In this document: positions 1 through 9,722 of the stretch, piece after piece
Position numbering within the stretch: the first letter of the stretch is position 1
Layout: each line of letters starts with the position of its first letter
From: an uncultured Lentisphaerota bacterium
GTDB lineage: Bacteria > Verrucomicrobiota > Kiritimatiellia > RFP12 > UBA1067
DNA: 64,000 nucleotides
Reading direction: 5' to 3'
Assembly: GCA_900320225.1 (NCBI GenBank)
Contig: ONRL01000001.1
Coordinates: 1,325-65,324 of the forward strand
Made by a program: the position numbers and the translations under genes
The notes under the pieces: model-generated
Database searches by the model: none
What the model was told of the DNA's origin: nothing
The model's input: the letters and a program-made list of their open reading frames with translations, nothing else

Positions 1-957
1 CATTCTCCACGCGGACGGGGCCGGAGAGGTCCGTGCCGAGACCGCGCTGGATCTCGTCGAACTCGTGCGCGCCGAAGTCGGTCACCATGCCGTTCCCGTA
101 GCGCTTGTTGAAGCGCCAGCAGGTGGGCTCGTGGATGGACGGGATGAACGCGTTGTTCTCCCAGTGCTGCGCCGGTCCCTGCCACATATCCCACGCCTCG
201 GGGCTCATCCACTTCGGGAGCGGCGTGCGCTCCTCGCTGCGTCCGTGGCCCACCCAGTGGTCGCCGCCGGGGATCGAGACGAGTCCGCCCGTGATCTTGC
301 CGCCGTAGCCGTTGAGCGCGAGCATCTCGGCGAAGATGTAGTTGGGGTTGCTGCGCCCCTGGTTGCCGGTCTGGAACGTGACGCCCGTCTCCTTCGCGAC
401 CTTCGCCATCGCCTTGCCCTCGGCAATGGAGAGCGACATCGGCTTCTGGCAGAACACGTGCTTGCCGGCCTTCATCGCGGCGATCGCGATGATGGCGTGC
501 CAGTGGTCGGGCGTGCAGATGCAGACGGCGTCGATCGTCGGGTCGGCGACCACGTCGCGCCAGTCGAACACCTCGCGGCACGCCTTGTCGCCGTAGTGGG
601 CGTCGACCTGGTTCTTGACGATCGTGGAGCCGCACACGTCGCGCGGCACCTTGGAGTTGTACTGGATGTCGCCCTCGAAGAGGTCCGACTTCGCGGCGCC
701 CTTCGGCTTCGCCCCGTAGAAGTAGCCGGGAGCGACCTTCACCATGTCGCACACCACGGTCACGCGGCAGCGCGGGTCCTTCAGGAATCCGGGCACGTTC
801 GTGCCCTTCGCGATCACGCCGCAGCCGATCACGCCCACGTTCACCTTCGCGTTCGGCGAAATACGGCGCGGCGCCGTCGCGCGGCCGCAAAACAGGCCCC
901 GGCACCCGCCGAGGAACGGCAGCGCAAGCGCGCCCGCCACGAACTCTCTTCTCTTCA
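1..957 (-). CDS. Gfo/Idh/MocA-family oxidoreductase with Tat-type signal (partial, C-terminus lies beyond window start)
   Basis: Open at the window edge, so absent from the ORF track. Reverse-strand reading from the ATG (complement of 955..957) gives MKRREFVAGALALPFLGGC...KVNVGVIGCGVIAKG...ICTPDHWHAIIAIAAMKAGKHVFCQKPMS. That is an RR signal, an N-terminal Rossmann glycine motif and the conserved C-x-KP block of this family. The + ORF 65..1021 is its antisense shadow. Confidence 0.8.
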
Positions 958-1002
958 TCGTCTTTCCTTTCATTGGGATGACCTCGCAAGTATAACAAAT
1001 TA

Positions 1003-1011
1003 TGGTATAAT
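1003..1011 (+). promoter_or_regulatory. extended -10 promoter (TGGTATAAT) for the hydrolase gene, probably leaderless
   Basis: TGGTATAAT matches TGnTATAAT and ends 6 nt before the ATG at 1018. There is no room for a Shine-Dalgarno sequence. Confidence 0.45.
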
Positions 1012-1017
1012 GCGCGC

Positions 1018-2655
1018 ATGAAAAATTATCGTCTTTTCGTTGTATCCGCCCTCGTCGCCGCCACGGTCTGCGCGCAGACCGTCCCCGAGACGTTCGAGGA
1101 AATGGTCCCCATGCCCGACGGCGTGAAGCTCTACACGTACGGCGTGCGCCCGGCGCCGGGCGTGAAGTGCCCGATCGTCATCGTGCGCACCCCCTATGTG
1201 AAGGAGAAGCCCGTGGACCTCGCGGCGTTCGCGCGCGAGCAGGACGCCAAGCTCGCACGCGGCTACGCCTACCTGTTCCAGCACTGCCGCGGGTGCGGGA
1301 TGAGCGAAGGCGACTGGATTCCCTACGAGTCCGAGCGCGCCGATGGCCTCGCCCTGCTGGAGTGGGTGCGGAAGCGTCCCTGGTACAACGGCGAGATCTT
1401 CCTCGACGGCGGCAGCTACCTCTCCAGCGTCCACTGGTCGTACCTCGGCACGAACCCTCCGGACGTCAAGGGCGCGTGCCTCTCCATCCAGGAGGTCAAC
1501 CGCTACAACATCGTCTACCGCAACGGCTTCTTTAAGGCCGGTCTCCACGGCGGCTGGTTCGTGAAGGGCTACAAGAAAAAGAACCATGCGCTTCAGCGCG
1601 ACAAGTCCGTCTCCTTCTCAGACTTCCCGCTCCTCGACTTCTCGAAGCGGTACTGGGGCGAGGCCGTCCCCTCGCTCGACAACAAGCTCGCGCACCCGAA
1701 CGCGAACGACCCCTTCTGGCGCTCGTCCGCGCCCGGGAGCGGCGTCGCCTACCGCCGCGCCCTCCTGGACTCCACCATGCCCGTCCTCCTCCGCACCGCC
1801 TTCTACGACATCTACACCGAGGGCCTCAACGACATGTGGCGCGAAACCCCGCCCGCGCGCCGCGCGAACTGCGCCCTGCTGATCGACGCCTACGACCACG
1901 GCGGCAAACTGCACAAGAGCATGAAAGGCACGCTCGGCGAGTTCCCCGGTGGCACGCGCGCCGACGAAGGCGTCTCGTCCCTCGACTGGTTCGATTCCTG
2001 CCGCACCGGCCGCCCCTGCACGAACGCCGTGCCGGGACGCGTCCGCTACTACGCCCTCTGGGAGAACCGCTGGGTCGAGGCGGAAGCCCTTACGGACGGC
2101 CCGCGCCGGATCGACCTGCCGCTCGGCACGGGCTCGCGCGCCTGGACGTACGACCCGAAGCGCCCCCTTCCCGACTTCCCCGGATCGGGCGGCATCTGCT
2201 TCGGCGGCATGCGCTGCCAGCCGGAACCAGATTTCCGCGACGACGTGGTCTCGTACGTCCTACCGCCCCTCACTGAGCGGCTCGACGTGCGCGGACGCAT
2301 GCGCGCAAAACTCACCGTCACGAGCGACTGCGAGGACACCTGTTTCTACACGCGTGTGAGCGTGAAGAAGCCCGACGGGAAATGGTATCTCCTGCGCGAC
2401 GACATCACGTCGCTCTGCGCGGACGGCGCCGACTACAAACCGGGCACGGAGAAGGTCGTCTCATTCCGCTTCGCGGACCATGCGTTCCGCCTGGCGAAAG
2501 GCGATGTGCTGCGCGTGGACGTTTCAAGCGGCTGCAGCCAGTTCGCGCCGCACGGAAACGTGAAGGGGTTGCAGGCCGCGGTACGCACGCCCAAGGTGGC
2601 GCACAACTCCGTCCGCGCCGACGCCTCCACGCTCACCCTCTTCACACTGCCTTGA
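1018..2655 (+). CDS. CocE/NonD-family (S15 X-Pro dipeptidyl-peptidase-like) alpha/beta hydrolase, secreted
   Basis: 545-aa ORF with a signal peptide (MKNYRLFVVSALVAATVCAQ). It contains PIVIVRTPY, GYAYLFQHCRGCGMSEGDW, ADGLALLEWV and NGEIFLDGGSYLS (nucleophile-elbow-like) blocks typical of CocE/NonD hydrolases. Confidence 0.72.
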   Translation: MKNYRLFVVSALVAATVCAQTVPETFEEMVPMPDGVKLYTYGVRPAPGVKCPIVIVRTPYVKEKPVDLAAFAREQDAKLARGYAYLFQHCRGCGMSEGDWIPYESERADGLALLEWVRKRPWYNGEIFLDGGSYLSSVHWSYLGTNPPDVKGACLSIQEVNRYNIVYRNGFFKAGLHGGWFVKGYKKKNHALQRDKSVSFSDFPLLDFSKRYWGEAVPSLDNKLAHPNANDPFWRSSAPGSGVAYRRALLDSTMPVLLRTAFYDIYTEGLNDMWRETPPARRANCALLIDAYDHGGKLHKSMKGTLGEFPGGTRADEGVSSLDWFDSCRTGRPCTNAVPGRVRYYALWENRWVEAEALTDGPRRIDLPLGTGSRAWTYDPKRPLPDFPGSGGICFGGMRCQPEPDFRDDVVSYVLPPLTERLDVRGRMRAKLTVTSDCEDTCFYTRVSVKKPDGKWYLLRDDITSLCADGADYKPGTEKVVSFRFADHAFRLAKGDVLRVDVSSGCSQFAPHGNVKGLQAAVRTPKVAHNSVRADASTLTLFTLP

Positions 2656-2739
2656 TGGTGGGCGCGGGGGGACTTGAACCCCCACTCCTTTCGGAACTGG
2701 AACCTAAATCCAGCGTGTCTGCCATTTCACCACGCGCCC
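2656..2739 (-). tRNA. tRNA-Leu (anticodon UAG), CCA encoded
   Basis: The reverse complement GGGCGCGTGGTGAAATGGCAGACACGCTGGATTTAGGTTCCAGTTCCGAAAGGAGTGGGGGTTCAAGTCCCCCCGCGCCCACCA folds as a class II tRNA. It has a 7-bp acceptor stem, anticodon stem CTGGA/TCCAG with loop TTTAGGT (TAG), a long variable arm and T-arm GGGGG-TTCAAGT-CCCCC. Confidence 0.92.
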
Positions 2740-2751
2740 GAGGGAGAGGAT

Positions 2752-2760
2752 AGTATATCA
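2752..2760 (-). promoter_or_regulatory. candidate extended -10 (TGATATACT) upstream of tRNA-Leu
   Basis: The reverse complement of 2752..2760 is TGATATACT, ending 12 nt upstream of the tRNA 5' end at 2739. It has the same TGnTATAnT style as other promoters in the window. Confidence 0.3.
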
Positions 2761-3984
2761 CAATCCCGGGTCCGGCGACAGCAGGCGCGGCAGAACTTTC
2801 GCGAGCGGATAGCGCCCTTCAGCGTCCGGATCTAGGCCCTTCAGGCGGAGACGCACCACGCGCGGGGGATGCGCGCGGTCGGCGAACTGTCCGGCGCGGA
2901 TCTGCGCCGTCGTCTGGTAGACGAAATCCACGGACACGCGGTCAAGGCCGTCATCGCACCGCCAGCGTCCGAGGACGATCTTCGAGCCGATGGGCGTGCG
3001 GCATTCGACCGCGCCGGGCAACTCGTACGGCTCCACGTCAAGCTGCGCCCCCATCCATGCGAGCGTGGTGTCGTGCCCGCCCAGGAACGTGAGGCGGGGT
3101 TCACCACGGCGCAGGGGCTCGGCCAGTTCGGGGAGGAGCTTCGCGCCGAGCGCGGCGGACATCGCCTTCGTCCGGTAGCGCATGTCAATGTAGACTTCCT
3201 TGACATCGCCGATGAGACGCCAACCCGACCACGAGAGAGGATAGCCAAACGAGGCGGCGGGGGAGGCATCCTCGTACAGCTGGAGCAGGAGGGAGTCCGC
3301 CACGGGATAGGCTTCGCCGATCGGACCATGGAGCCCGATGGAATTCGGCGGACGCACGAGATCGAAATAACTCACGCCCGTGGAGGCAAACGGCGCGGCG
3401 CCCGGACGGCTTCCGCGCGGCGAGCTGGGATAGTCGATGATGCGGCCGAGGAGCGCGTAGGCAGGTGCGAGCTGACGGTCGAGTCCCCCTTCGCCGCCCA
3501 TCATCTCGGCGATCTGACGGTAGACGCGGTTCGAGAGCGCGGCGTCGGCTTTTGGCACGCCGATGGAGAAGCGCGAGTCGCGCGGGCCGTCAAAAGGCAG
3601 GTGTTCGACCACGACGTCCGCCTCAGGCATGAAGCCGGCGGCGAAACAGCGCGCCGTGGCAACGGTCCGCTGCATGTTGTTGGCGAAGAAATGCACGTGG
3701 TCGGGCGTAAGACGCGCGTTCCGTTCACAGAGGCCCTCCTCCACGAGCCAGTCGCGGAACCAGCCGCCCATCGCGGTTTCGAGCGCGGCGCCCTTCCGCG
3801 AGAGCTCGCCGGGCGCGGACGTCCAGGTGAACCACGTGTTCGTCGTCGACTCGCGAAGATCCTGCACGGCCGTATCCAGCGGCGCACGCAGGTTATGCCG
3901 GCTCACGATCACAATCTGGCGTAGTTCCGCCGCCCAGCTTCCAGACGCCGCGACGATCGCAAAAACACACAGAAACTTCTTCAT
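2758..3984 (-). CDS. histidine acid phosphatase family (branch 2) protein, secreted
   Basis: 408-aa ORF with a signal peptide (MKKFLCVFAIVAASGSWA). It has the catalytic RHxxRxP motif as VSRHNLRAP and the downstream HD motif in GGHDTTLAW. Confidence 0.7.
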   Translation of the reverse strand: MKKFLCVFAIVAASGSWAAELRQIVIVSRHNLRAPLDTAVQDLRESTTNTWFTWTSAPGELSRKGAALETAMGGWFRDWLVEEGLCERNARLTPDHVHFFANNMQRTVATARCFAAGFMPEADVVVEHLPFDGPRDSRFSIGVPKADAALSNRVYRQIAEMMGGEGGLDRQLAPAYALLGRIIDYPSSPRGSRPGAAPFASTGVSYFDLVRPPNSIGLHGPIGEAYPVADSLLLQLYEDASPAASFGYPLSWSGWRLIGDVKEVYIDMRYRTKAMSAALGAKLLPELAEPLRRGEPRLTFLGGHDTTLAWMGAQLDVEPYELPGAVECRTPIGSKIVLGRWRCDDGLDRVSVDFVYQTTAQIRAGQFADRAHPPRVVRLRLKGLDPDAEGRYPLAKVLPRLLSPDPGL

Positions 3985-4023
3985 GCCATGGTTCCTTCCT
4001 TGTACTCTTTGCGTTCTTTGTGA

Positions 4024-5397
4024 CTAAACGACAATTTCTCCAATTAGAATCTGCGGGTGCGCCTCGGCGATGCGCACCATCACGGACGTGCCAACCACGA
4101 GCGGCACCTTCGGTTCGAACACGACGATGCGGTTGCCGCCGTCGCGTCCGCTCCAGCGGGCGGCGTTGCGCAGGGACGGTCCCTCCACCAGCACCTCACG
4201 CACGGTTCCCACGAGACGGGCGTTGCGCGCCTGCCCACGCACCTGCTGGTCGGCCAGCAGCACCTGGTCGCGCCGTTCCTTCTCGGCCGTCGGCACGTCG
4301 TCGGGCAGCGCCGCCGAGCGCGTGCCGGGACGCGGCGAGTATTTGAAGACGAATGCGTTGTCGAACCCGGCCTCTTCCATCAGCGAGCGCGTCGCCTCGA
4401 AGTCCGCCTCCGTCTCACCGGGATAGCCCACGATCACGTCGGTCGTCACGGCGAATTCCGGATCGAACGCCCGCAATTTCGCGACGGCCGCCAAATACTC
4501 GGCGCGCGTGTAACGGCGCCCCATCTCCTTCAGCACGCGGTCGCTCCCGCTCTGCACGGGCAGGTGAAGGTGGCGGCAGACCTTCGGAAACTCGGCGTAG
4601 GCGCGCACGAGTTCATCCGTACAGCCCTTTGGATGTGCGCTCGTGAAGCGGATACGTTCCAGGCCTTCAATCGCGCTCAGCGCCTCGAGAAGACGCGGAA
4701 ACGCCTCCGTATAGCCGCCGAGGCTGGGCAGGTCGTCGGGCAGCCACGCCGGATTGCGCACGCCATAGCGCAGGACGCTCTGTCCAAGCAGGCACACCTC
4801 CTTCACGCCGCGCGCGGCGAGCGCGCGCACCTCGGCCACCACCTCGCGCGCGGGACGCGAATACTCGTGTCCGCGCACGTCGGGCACGATGCAGTAGCTA
4901 CAGCGGTTGTCGCAGCCGAGCAGCACCGTAACGTAGCTCTGGAACGACGTGACGCCGTGCGCCTCCATGCCCGTCGGCACCTCGTCGTCGTCTGGCAGTT
5001 CGAGAATGCCCTTCTCGCCCGCGAGGCAACGTTCCACCAGACGCGGAATCGCGCCGAATCGGCGCGGCCCCACGGCGAAGTCGAGATTCGGAAGGTGTTT
5101 GAACACCTCCGCCCCCATCCGCTTGACCGCGCAGCCCATGAGGCCCACGATCTTCACGGCGGCGTTCGCGGGGCGGCGCGCCTTGCCGCGCCCTTCCTTG
5201 GCGGCGATCAGGTTGCCGCACTTGCCCACGGCCTTGCGTTCGGCCATGTCGCGCACGGTGCAGGAATTCACGATCACGAGCTCCGCCTCGGCTTCGTTCG
5301 CCACCTTCTCGTGTCCGGCCGCAACCAGGAGGGCCTCCACGGCCTCACTGTCGCGTACGTTCATCTGGCAACCGTATGTATGTACGTAAAATGTCAT
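4024..5397 (-). CDS. miaB: tRNA-i6A37 methylthiotransferase MiaB
   Basis: MTFYVHTYGCQMNVRDSE (UPF0004/MiaB N-terminal signature), radical-SAM CDNRCSYCIVP and a C-terminal TRAM-like end. The start is placed at the internal ATG 5397 (ATGA overlap with the stop of the upstream SDR gene) rather than the track start at 5544. Confidence 0.9.
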   Translation of the reverse strand: MTFYVHTYGCQMNVRDSEAVEALLVAAGHEKVANEAEAELVIVNSCTVRDMAERKAVGKCGNLIAAKEGRGKARRPANAAVKIVGLMGCAVKRMGAEVFKHLPNLDFAVGPRRFGAIPRLVERCLAGEKGILELPDDDEVPTGMEAHGVTSFQSYVTVLLGCDNRCSYCIVPDVRGHEYSRPAREVVAEVRALAARGVKEVCLLGQSVLRYGVRNPAWLPDDLPSLGGYTEAFPRLLEALSAIEGLERIRFTSAHPKGCTDELVRAYAEFPKVCRHLHLPVQSGSDRVLKEMGRRYTRAEYLAAVAKLRAFDPEFAVTTDVIVGYPGETEADFEATRSLMEEAGFDNAFVFKYSPRPGTRSAALPDDVPTAEKERRDQVLLADQQVRGQARNARLVGTVREVLVEGPSLRNAARWSGRDGGNRIVVFEPKVPLVVGTSVMVRIAEAHPQILIGEIVV

Positions 5398-6047
5398 GGT
5401 TCGGAAATGAGCGATTGCCCTCCATCCACGGGGATGACCGCACCCGTGGTCGATTCGGCCGAGAGAAGAAAGACGACTGCGTCGGCGACTTCCTGCGGCG
5501 TGGGATGCCGACCGAGCGGCGTCGCGCCGGCACGTTCGTGACACGTCTCGGGCGGCAACACGGGACCTGGCGCGACGGCGTTCACGCGCACGCGCCCAGC
5601 AAGGCGGAGAGCGTCCGCGCGCGTCGCGGCGAGCAGTTCACGCTTTGCGCGGAGATAGGGCGTATCGTCGGCGCGCGCCGCGCCGAGCGCACGACAATCG
5701 ACGATGTTCACGACCGCGCCGCCACCATGCGCGGCGAGCAATTCCGTCAGCGCACGCGGTGCGTCCACGTTCACGGCGCGAAGGCGTACCTCTTCATCCG
5801 GCGGCGGTTTCACGTCGTGCGAAAAGATTCCGGCGTTGTTCACAACGGCGCAGAGGTCGGGGGCGGCGGCGCATGCGGCGGAGAACAGCCGCGCGGGGCC
5901 ATCCGGCTCCGCAAGGTCGACCGCGAACGCGGCATCGGAGGACGTGCGCGAGGCGGCGATCACGTTCCAGCCGCATGCGCGAAGTGCGTCGGCGATGGTC
6001 TTTCCAAGGCGGCGCGCACCGCCAGTCACGAGAACGGTCCCTTTCAT
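5394..6047 (-). CDS. short-chain dehydrogenase/reductase (SDR) family oxidoreductase
   Basis: From MKGTVLVTGGARRLGKTIA (TGxxxxxG Rossmann), then NNAG, YLRAK (YxxxK) and PGPV. The start at 6047 lies 5 nt after the stop of the upstream gene. The longer track ORF (to 6425) overlaps the TrmH gene. Confidence 0.75.
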   Translation of the reverse strand: MKGTVLVTGGARRLGKTIADALRACGWNVIAASRTSSDAAFAVDLAEPDGPARLFSAACAAAPDLCAVVNNAGIFSHDVKPPPDEEVRLRAVNVDAPRALTELLAAHGGGAVVNIVDCRALGAARADDTPYLRAKRELLAATRADALRLAGRVRVNAVAPGPVLPPETCHERAGATPLGRHPTPQEVADAVVFLLSAESTTGAVIPVDGGQSLISEP

Positions 6048-6051
6048 GGCG

Positions 6052-6909
6052 TCAGTGGTCGTGGTGTCCTTCGCCATGCCAGGGGATGAACGCGGGCACC
6101 TGCTCGATGCCGGCGACGAGGCGCTGGCGCACCGCCTCGTAGACGAGAATCGTGGTGGCGGCTGACACGTTGAGCGAATCCGCGAGACCGAGCATCGGGA
6201 TGCGCACGCGCAGGTCCGCCGCGTCCATCCACTTCGCCGTGAGGCCGTACTGCTCGGCACCGACGGCAAGCGCGACGTTTCCCGTGAGGTCCACCTCAAA
6301 ATGAAGTTTCTCCGCGTGCGGAGTGGCCGCGAGGATCCTGAAACCGTGCGCCTTGAGCCAGGCAATCGCCTCGTCGGAGGAGGCCTCCACCACGGGAACG
6401 GAAAAGAGCGTACCCGTGGAGGCACGCACGACGTTCGGGTTGTGGACGTCCGTCGTGCGGTCGCACACGATCACGGCGCAGGCGTGCGCGGCGTCCGCGC
6501 TGCGGAGGATCGTGCCGAGGTTCCCGGGCTTCTCGATCGACTCGGTCACGATTACGAGCGCGTGCGGCGGCAGGTCGACATCCTCCAGGCGGCGCGTGAC
6601 GTGCGGCCCCACCATCAGGAGACCGTCGGGACGGTCCTTGTAGGCCATCTTGAGGAACGCCGCCTTTGAACAGGTGAACACCTCCGCGCCGCGCGCGGCG
6701 CAGTCGTCCACAAGCTGCGGCTCGTTTTCGTGTTTGAGGTAAAGGTCGGGACAGTGGAAAATGGCGTGCGGGCGGTAGCCGTTGTCAAGCGCGCGCCGGC
6801 ACTCGCGGAATCCCTCCACGATCATCTCGCCCGTCTCCTCGCGGAACGCGCAGTTCCGCAGTTTGACGACGTACTTGATCTTCGGGTTGGCGGGTGATGC
6901 GAGTTCCAT
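6052..6909 (-). CDS. TrmH/SpoU-family RNA 2'-O-methyltransferase
   Basis: 285-aa ORF with SpoU motifs: ESIEKPGNLGTILRSADA, VGAEQYGL and RIPMLGLADSLNVSAATTILVYE (SPOUT knot). Confidence 0.8.
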   Translation of the reverse strand: MELASPANPKIKYVVKLRNCAFREETGEMIVEGFRECRRALDNGYRPHAIFHCPDLYLKHENEPQLVDDCAARGAEVFTCSKAAFLKMAYKDRPDGLLMVGPHVTRRLEDVDLPPHALVIVTESIEKPGNLGTILRSADAAHACAVIVCDRTTDVHNPNVVRASTGTLFSVPVVEASSDEAIAWLKAHGFRILAATPHAEKLHFEVDLTGNVALAVGAEQYGLTAKWMDAADLRVRIPMLGLADSLNVSAATTILVYEAVRQRLVAGIEQVPAFIPWHGEGHHDH

Positions 6910-6933
6910 GTGCAGGCACCCCTCGGCGGCCGG

Positions 6934-7713
6934 TCAGCGGGTTCCCTGCTGAAGCAGTTTGTTCAGCTCGTCCGCCTTCTCCATCTCCTTGCGGTGCTCG
7001 ATGATCTGGGGCGAGTCCGTGCGGTTTTCGACCAGCTCGTCGCAGATTTCGCGGCTCAGGTAGTTGATGCCTTTGGCGCGCAACTTCCTGAGAAGATCCG
7101 CCCCGTCGTCCGCGTCGCGTATCGCCTCGGGCAACATCGCCAGCAAGGCACGTGCCATTCGCGGCGCCACGCTCACGGGTGCGTACCGCGAACCGAAGAA
7201 GATCACGTAGCCTTCACGAAGGCGGCGGTCAAGGTACGACCGCCGGTCGTTGATGCGCTTCAGCAGCCGCTTCGACTGCTCGTTCGGCGTGAAGTCGACG
7301 TCCTCGGCGGCATTCGCCGCCGCCGGGGCGGCGGTCTTGGCCGGCGCGACCGGCGGCGCATCCGCAAACAGGTCGTCCACGCTCTGCGCCGGACGGGCCG
7401 GCGCCGGGGCGGCGGGTTTCGCCGCGGCTGCGGCCGCGCCGCCCTGCGTGGCGAGGAACGTCTTCCACGGGACAATCTGTCCCGTGATCTGCGTGTTGTA
7501 ATTGACGAATAACGCCGTGCCCGAACGCATGAGCACGTAGGGCGGCTTCACGTAATGCCCGTTCACGAACACCATGCCCGTGCGTATCGCCTTGCCCTTC
7601 ACGGCCTTCAACGCCTTATTGGCGGCGGCCGGAACCTCTTCGAACTGCGGCGTTGCTGCGCCGACGGCCAACGCCAACGCGCCAATCAAACCAATCACGG
7701 CTTTCACTTTCAT
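6934..7713 (-). CDS. hypothetical exported protein
   Basis: The ORF is on the same strand and tightly packed with its neighbours. The start is set at MKVKAVIGLIGALALAVGAA (signal peptide), preceded by AAGGAAGG. It has an Ala/Pro-rich middle and no family was recognised. Confidence 0.5.
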   Translation of the reverse strand: MKVKAVIGLIGALALAVGAATPQFEEVPAAANKALKAVKGKAIRTGMVFVNGHYVKPPYVLMRSGTALFVNYNTQITGQIVPWKTFLATQGGAAAAAAKPAAPAPARPAQSVDDLFADAPPVAPAKTAAPAAANAAEDVDFTPNEQSKRLLKRINDRRSYLDRRLREGYVIFFGSRYAPVSVAPRMARALLAMLPEAIRDADDGADLLRKLRAKGINYLSREICDELVENRTDSPQIIEHRKEMEKADELNKLLQQGTR

Positions 7714-7759
7714 ATTCCTTGCCTTCCTTATTTGACTTTCTGTCACGCCCCGCGAACCG

Positions 7760-9046
7760 TCAGGCGGTCGCGGCGGCGGCTTTCTTCTTCTTCAAAAAGA
7801 CCATCACGAGCAGCGCCACGCCGCCGACCACGAGCGGAATGCCGACCAGCGGACGATAGTAGATCCACGCGATGCCGATCGTGAGAAGCGCGCACGCGCC
7901 AGACACGAGGCCGGCCGCGAGCGACGTACCCATGGCGACGATGCCGTTCAGGATCGGGATCACGTCCACGAGCGTGTCAATCGGCCCCAGCACCATCTTG
8001 AGGCCGAAATACATCACCAACAGGCCCGCGAGACGCAGCAGCCAGGTGATCTTTGAGTTCGCCGACTGCGCGTCGGCGAAGATCTTCGCGGCCGGCACGA
8101 TACCGTCGCGGACGAACGACAACGTCTCGCCATCCGAAGCCGCCCACGGCGCCAGCGTGCCGTTCGTCTGCTGCTCGACGACCGTCACGTCGTGCGGCAG
8201 GACCACGCTGAACATCACGCGCACGTCGCCGGGAGTCGGGCTGACGGCGACGGACCGTCCCACAACCGCCGACACCACCGCGTTCGCTGCCGCCGCCGAG
8301 GCTGTCTGCGCCGCGGCAAGGAGCGGGGAACCCGATGACGTCTGCTGGGCCGCTGGTGTCGCCGCCGTGGCCGGCGCGGTGTACGGCACGTAGAATGTCC
8401 CATTCTGGAACTGGCCGTTTGGCACGGTCTGCGGCACCTTGAAGTCTGCCGGGAACTGGAACGGAACCTTCCCTCCGATGCGCTTCACGTGCGCGTCGGA
8501 AAGCTTGAACGCGCCAAGCGACACGTTCGCGGCGAGCTTGTCCACGTCGCCGTACGGCATCGCCGCGGGGGGATTGGCCGCGCGCTTCGCCGCGTCATGG
8601 TACTGGGACGAATCGACCGGCTTGCTGCACCACTCGTTCGAGTAGGAGTAGGTGGTGACCTCGCGGGTCTTGTCGCCCTCCTTGATGCGTTTCGTCTCGG
8701 AGTGCTCGACCGTCTGGTAGACCTCTACCGTGCGTTTGAGGCGCAAGGCCGTGGCGGAGACGCCGAAAACGTCGTCCGACAAGACGTCCTGCGTATCGGC
8801 CTTCCCGCTGACATGCACGAGCTTTCCCTCGTTCGCGGCGTCAATCTTGTCCGCCGGCACGTCCACGACCGCGCCCGCGCCCTCCTTGAGGCGCTTGGCC
8901 GTGTCGACGGCGCGTCCCTCGTTCCAGAAGAGAATCGGAAAACCCGCGACGAAGAGGGCCAGTCCGATCAGCACGCCCCTAAAAGAAGATCCAAGGCGTT
9001 GGATCCAGGATGGATTGTCGACGATGCGTTCTTCGGTGACGGCCAT
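7760..9046 (-). CDS. TMEM43/DUF1625-family membrane protein
   Basis: It has an N-terminal TM followed by FWNEGRAV, characteristic of bacterial TMEM43-like proteins, and C-terminal hydrophobic helices. The start is 2 nt after the TetR stop, suggesting an operon. Confidence 0.6.
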   Translation of the reverse strand: MAVTEERIVDNPSWIQRLGSSFRGVLIGLALFVAGFPILFWNEGRAVDTAKRLKEGAGAVVDVPADKIDAANEGKLVHVSGKADTQDVLSDDVFGVSATALRLKRTVEVYQTVEHSETKRIKEGDKTREVTTYSYSNEWCSKPVDSSQYHDAAKRAANPPAAMPYGDVDKLAANVSLGAFKLSDAHVKRIGGKVPFQFPADFKVPQTVPNGQFQNGTFYVPYTAPATAATPAAQQTSSGSPLLAAAQTASAAAANAVVSAVVGRSVAVSPTPGDVRVMFSVVLPHDVTVVEQQTNGTLAPWAASDGETLSFVRDGIVPAAKIFADAQSANSKITWLLRLAGLLVMYFGLKMVLGPIDTLVDVIPILNGIVAMGTSLAAGLVSGACALLTIGIAWIYYRPLVGIPLVVGGVALLVMVFLKKKKAAAATA

Positions 9047-9047
9047 G

Positions 9048-9671
9048 TCATTTTCCTTTCGCTGATGTTTTTATGTTGGGTTCGGCGATGGACCTCACCA
9101 TCGCCGAAAAGCGGAGCTTGGATTTCTCGGCATCGAGCTCGACACCGAGCAGGATGCGCAGGACGACGCTCTCGAGGAGCGCAAAAAGGACTTCCGAGGT
9201 GAGGCGTGGATCGACGCGCGCCGACAGCTCGTTCCGGCGCGCGCCCTCCTCCAGCAGGCGGAGGAACAATTCGCGAAGCCCCCCCGTGAACCGGGCGATG
9301 CGCGCGCGCATGTCCTCGCCGCGGCGTACCATGTCGATCACGAAGGCGTAAATGGCCAGAAGGAACTGCTTCCGCTCGAAGAGCGTGTCGATCACGGTGT
9401 CCGCCACGCGGTTGAGGCGCTCCGGCACCGGCAGAGGCTGCCTGGCGATCGCGGTGGACGCCTCTTTGATCGCGTGCGTGCAACCGTGGATGGCTTCGTC
9501 GAATATCTCCCGCTTCGTCTTGAAATAGCGGTACAATGCGGTGCGCGCCACGCCCGTCGACTCGGAGATCGTGAGGAACGAGACCTTGGCATAGCCCATC
9601 TGGGCGAACAGTCCCATAGACCGTTCGACGATGAACTGCCGACGTGCGGCGTGATCAATGCGCTTTGCCAT
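9048..9671 (-). CDS. TetR/AcrR-family transcriptional regulator
   Basis: N-terminal HTH: RRQFIVERSMGLFAQMGYAKVSFLTISESTGVARTALYRYFKTKREIF. Confidence 0.85.
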   Translation of the reverse strand: MAKRIDHAARRQFIVERSMGLFAQMGYAKVSFLTISESTGVARTALYRYFKTKREIFDEAIHGCTHAIKEASTAIARQPLPVPERLNRVADTVIDTLFERKQFLLAIYAFVIDMVRRGEDMRARIARFTGGLRELFLRLLEEGARRNELSARVDPRLTSEVLFALLESVVLRILLGVELDAEKSKLRFSAMVRSIAEPNIKTSAKGK

Positions 9672-9682
9672 GTGCGTTTGTT

Positions 9683-9691
9683 AGTATAGCA
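9683..9691 (-). promoter_or_regulatory. extended -10 (TGCTATACT) for the TetR operon
   Basis: The reverse complement of 9683..9691 is TGCTATACT, 11 nt upstream of the TetR ATG at 9671. This implies a near-leaderless transcript. Confidence 0.4.
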
Positions 9692-9722
9692 TTTTTGACG
9701 CGACAGGGCTAGTGAGAACTGC

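Noticed and set aside
65-1021. 318-aa + strand ORF at the window start
   Set aside because: Its Arg/Ala/His-rich, low-complexity translation is typical of an antisense frame in high-GC DNA. The opposite strand encodes a clean Gfo/Idh/MocA oxidoreductase that is open at the window edge.
4057-5541. 494-aa + ORF opposite miaB
   Set aside because: It is an antisense shadow of an unambiguous MiaB gene, and its sequence is Arg/His/Ala-rich nonsense.
5398-5544. 49-codon N-terminal extension of the miaB track ORF
   Set aside because: The extension overlaps the SDR gene end and is Arg/Ser-rich. The canonical MiaB N-terminus, MTFYVHTYGCQMN, begins at 5397 with an ATGA overlap.
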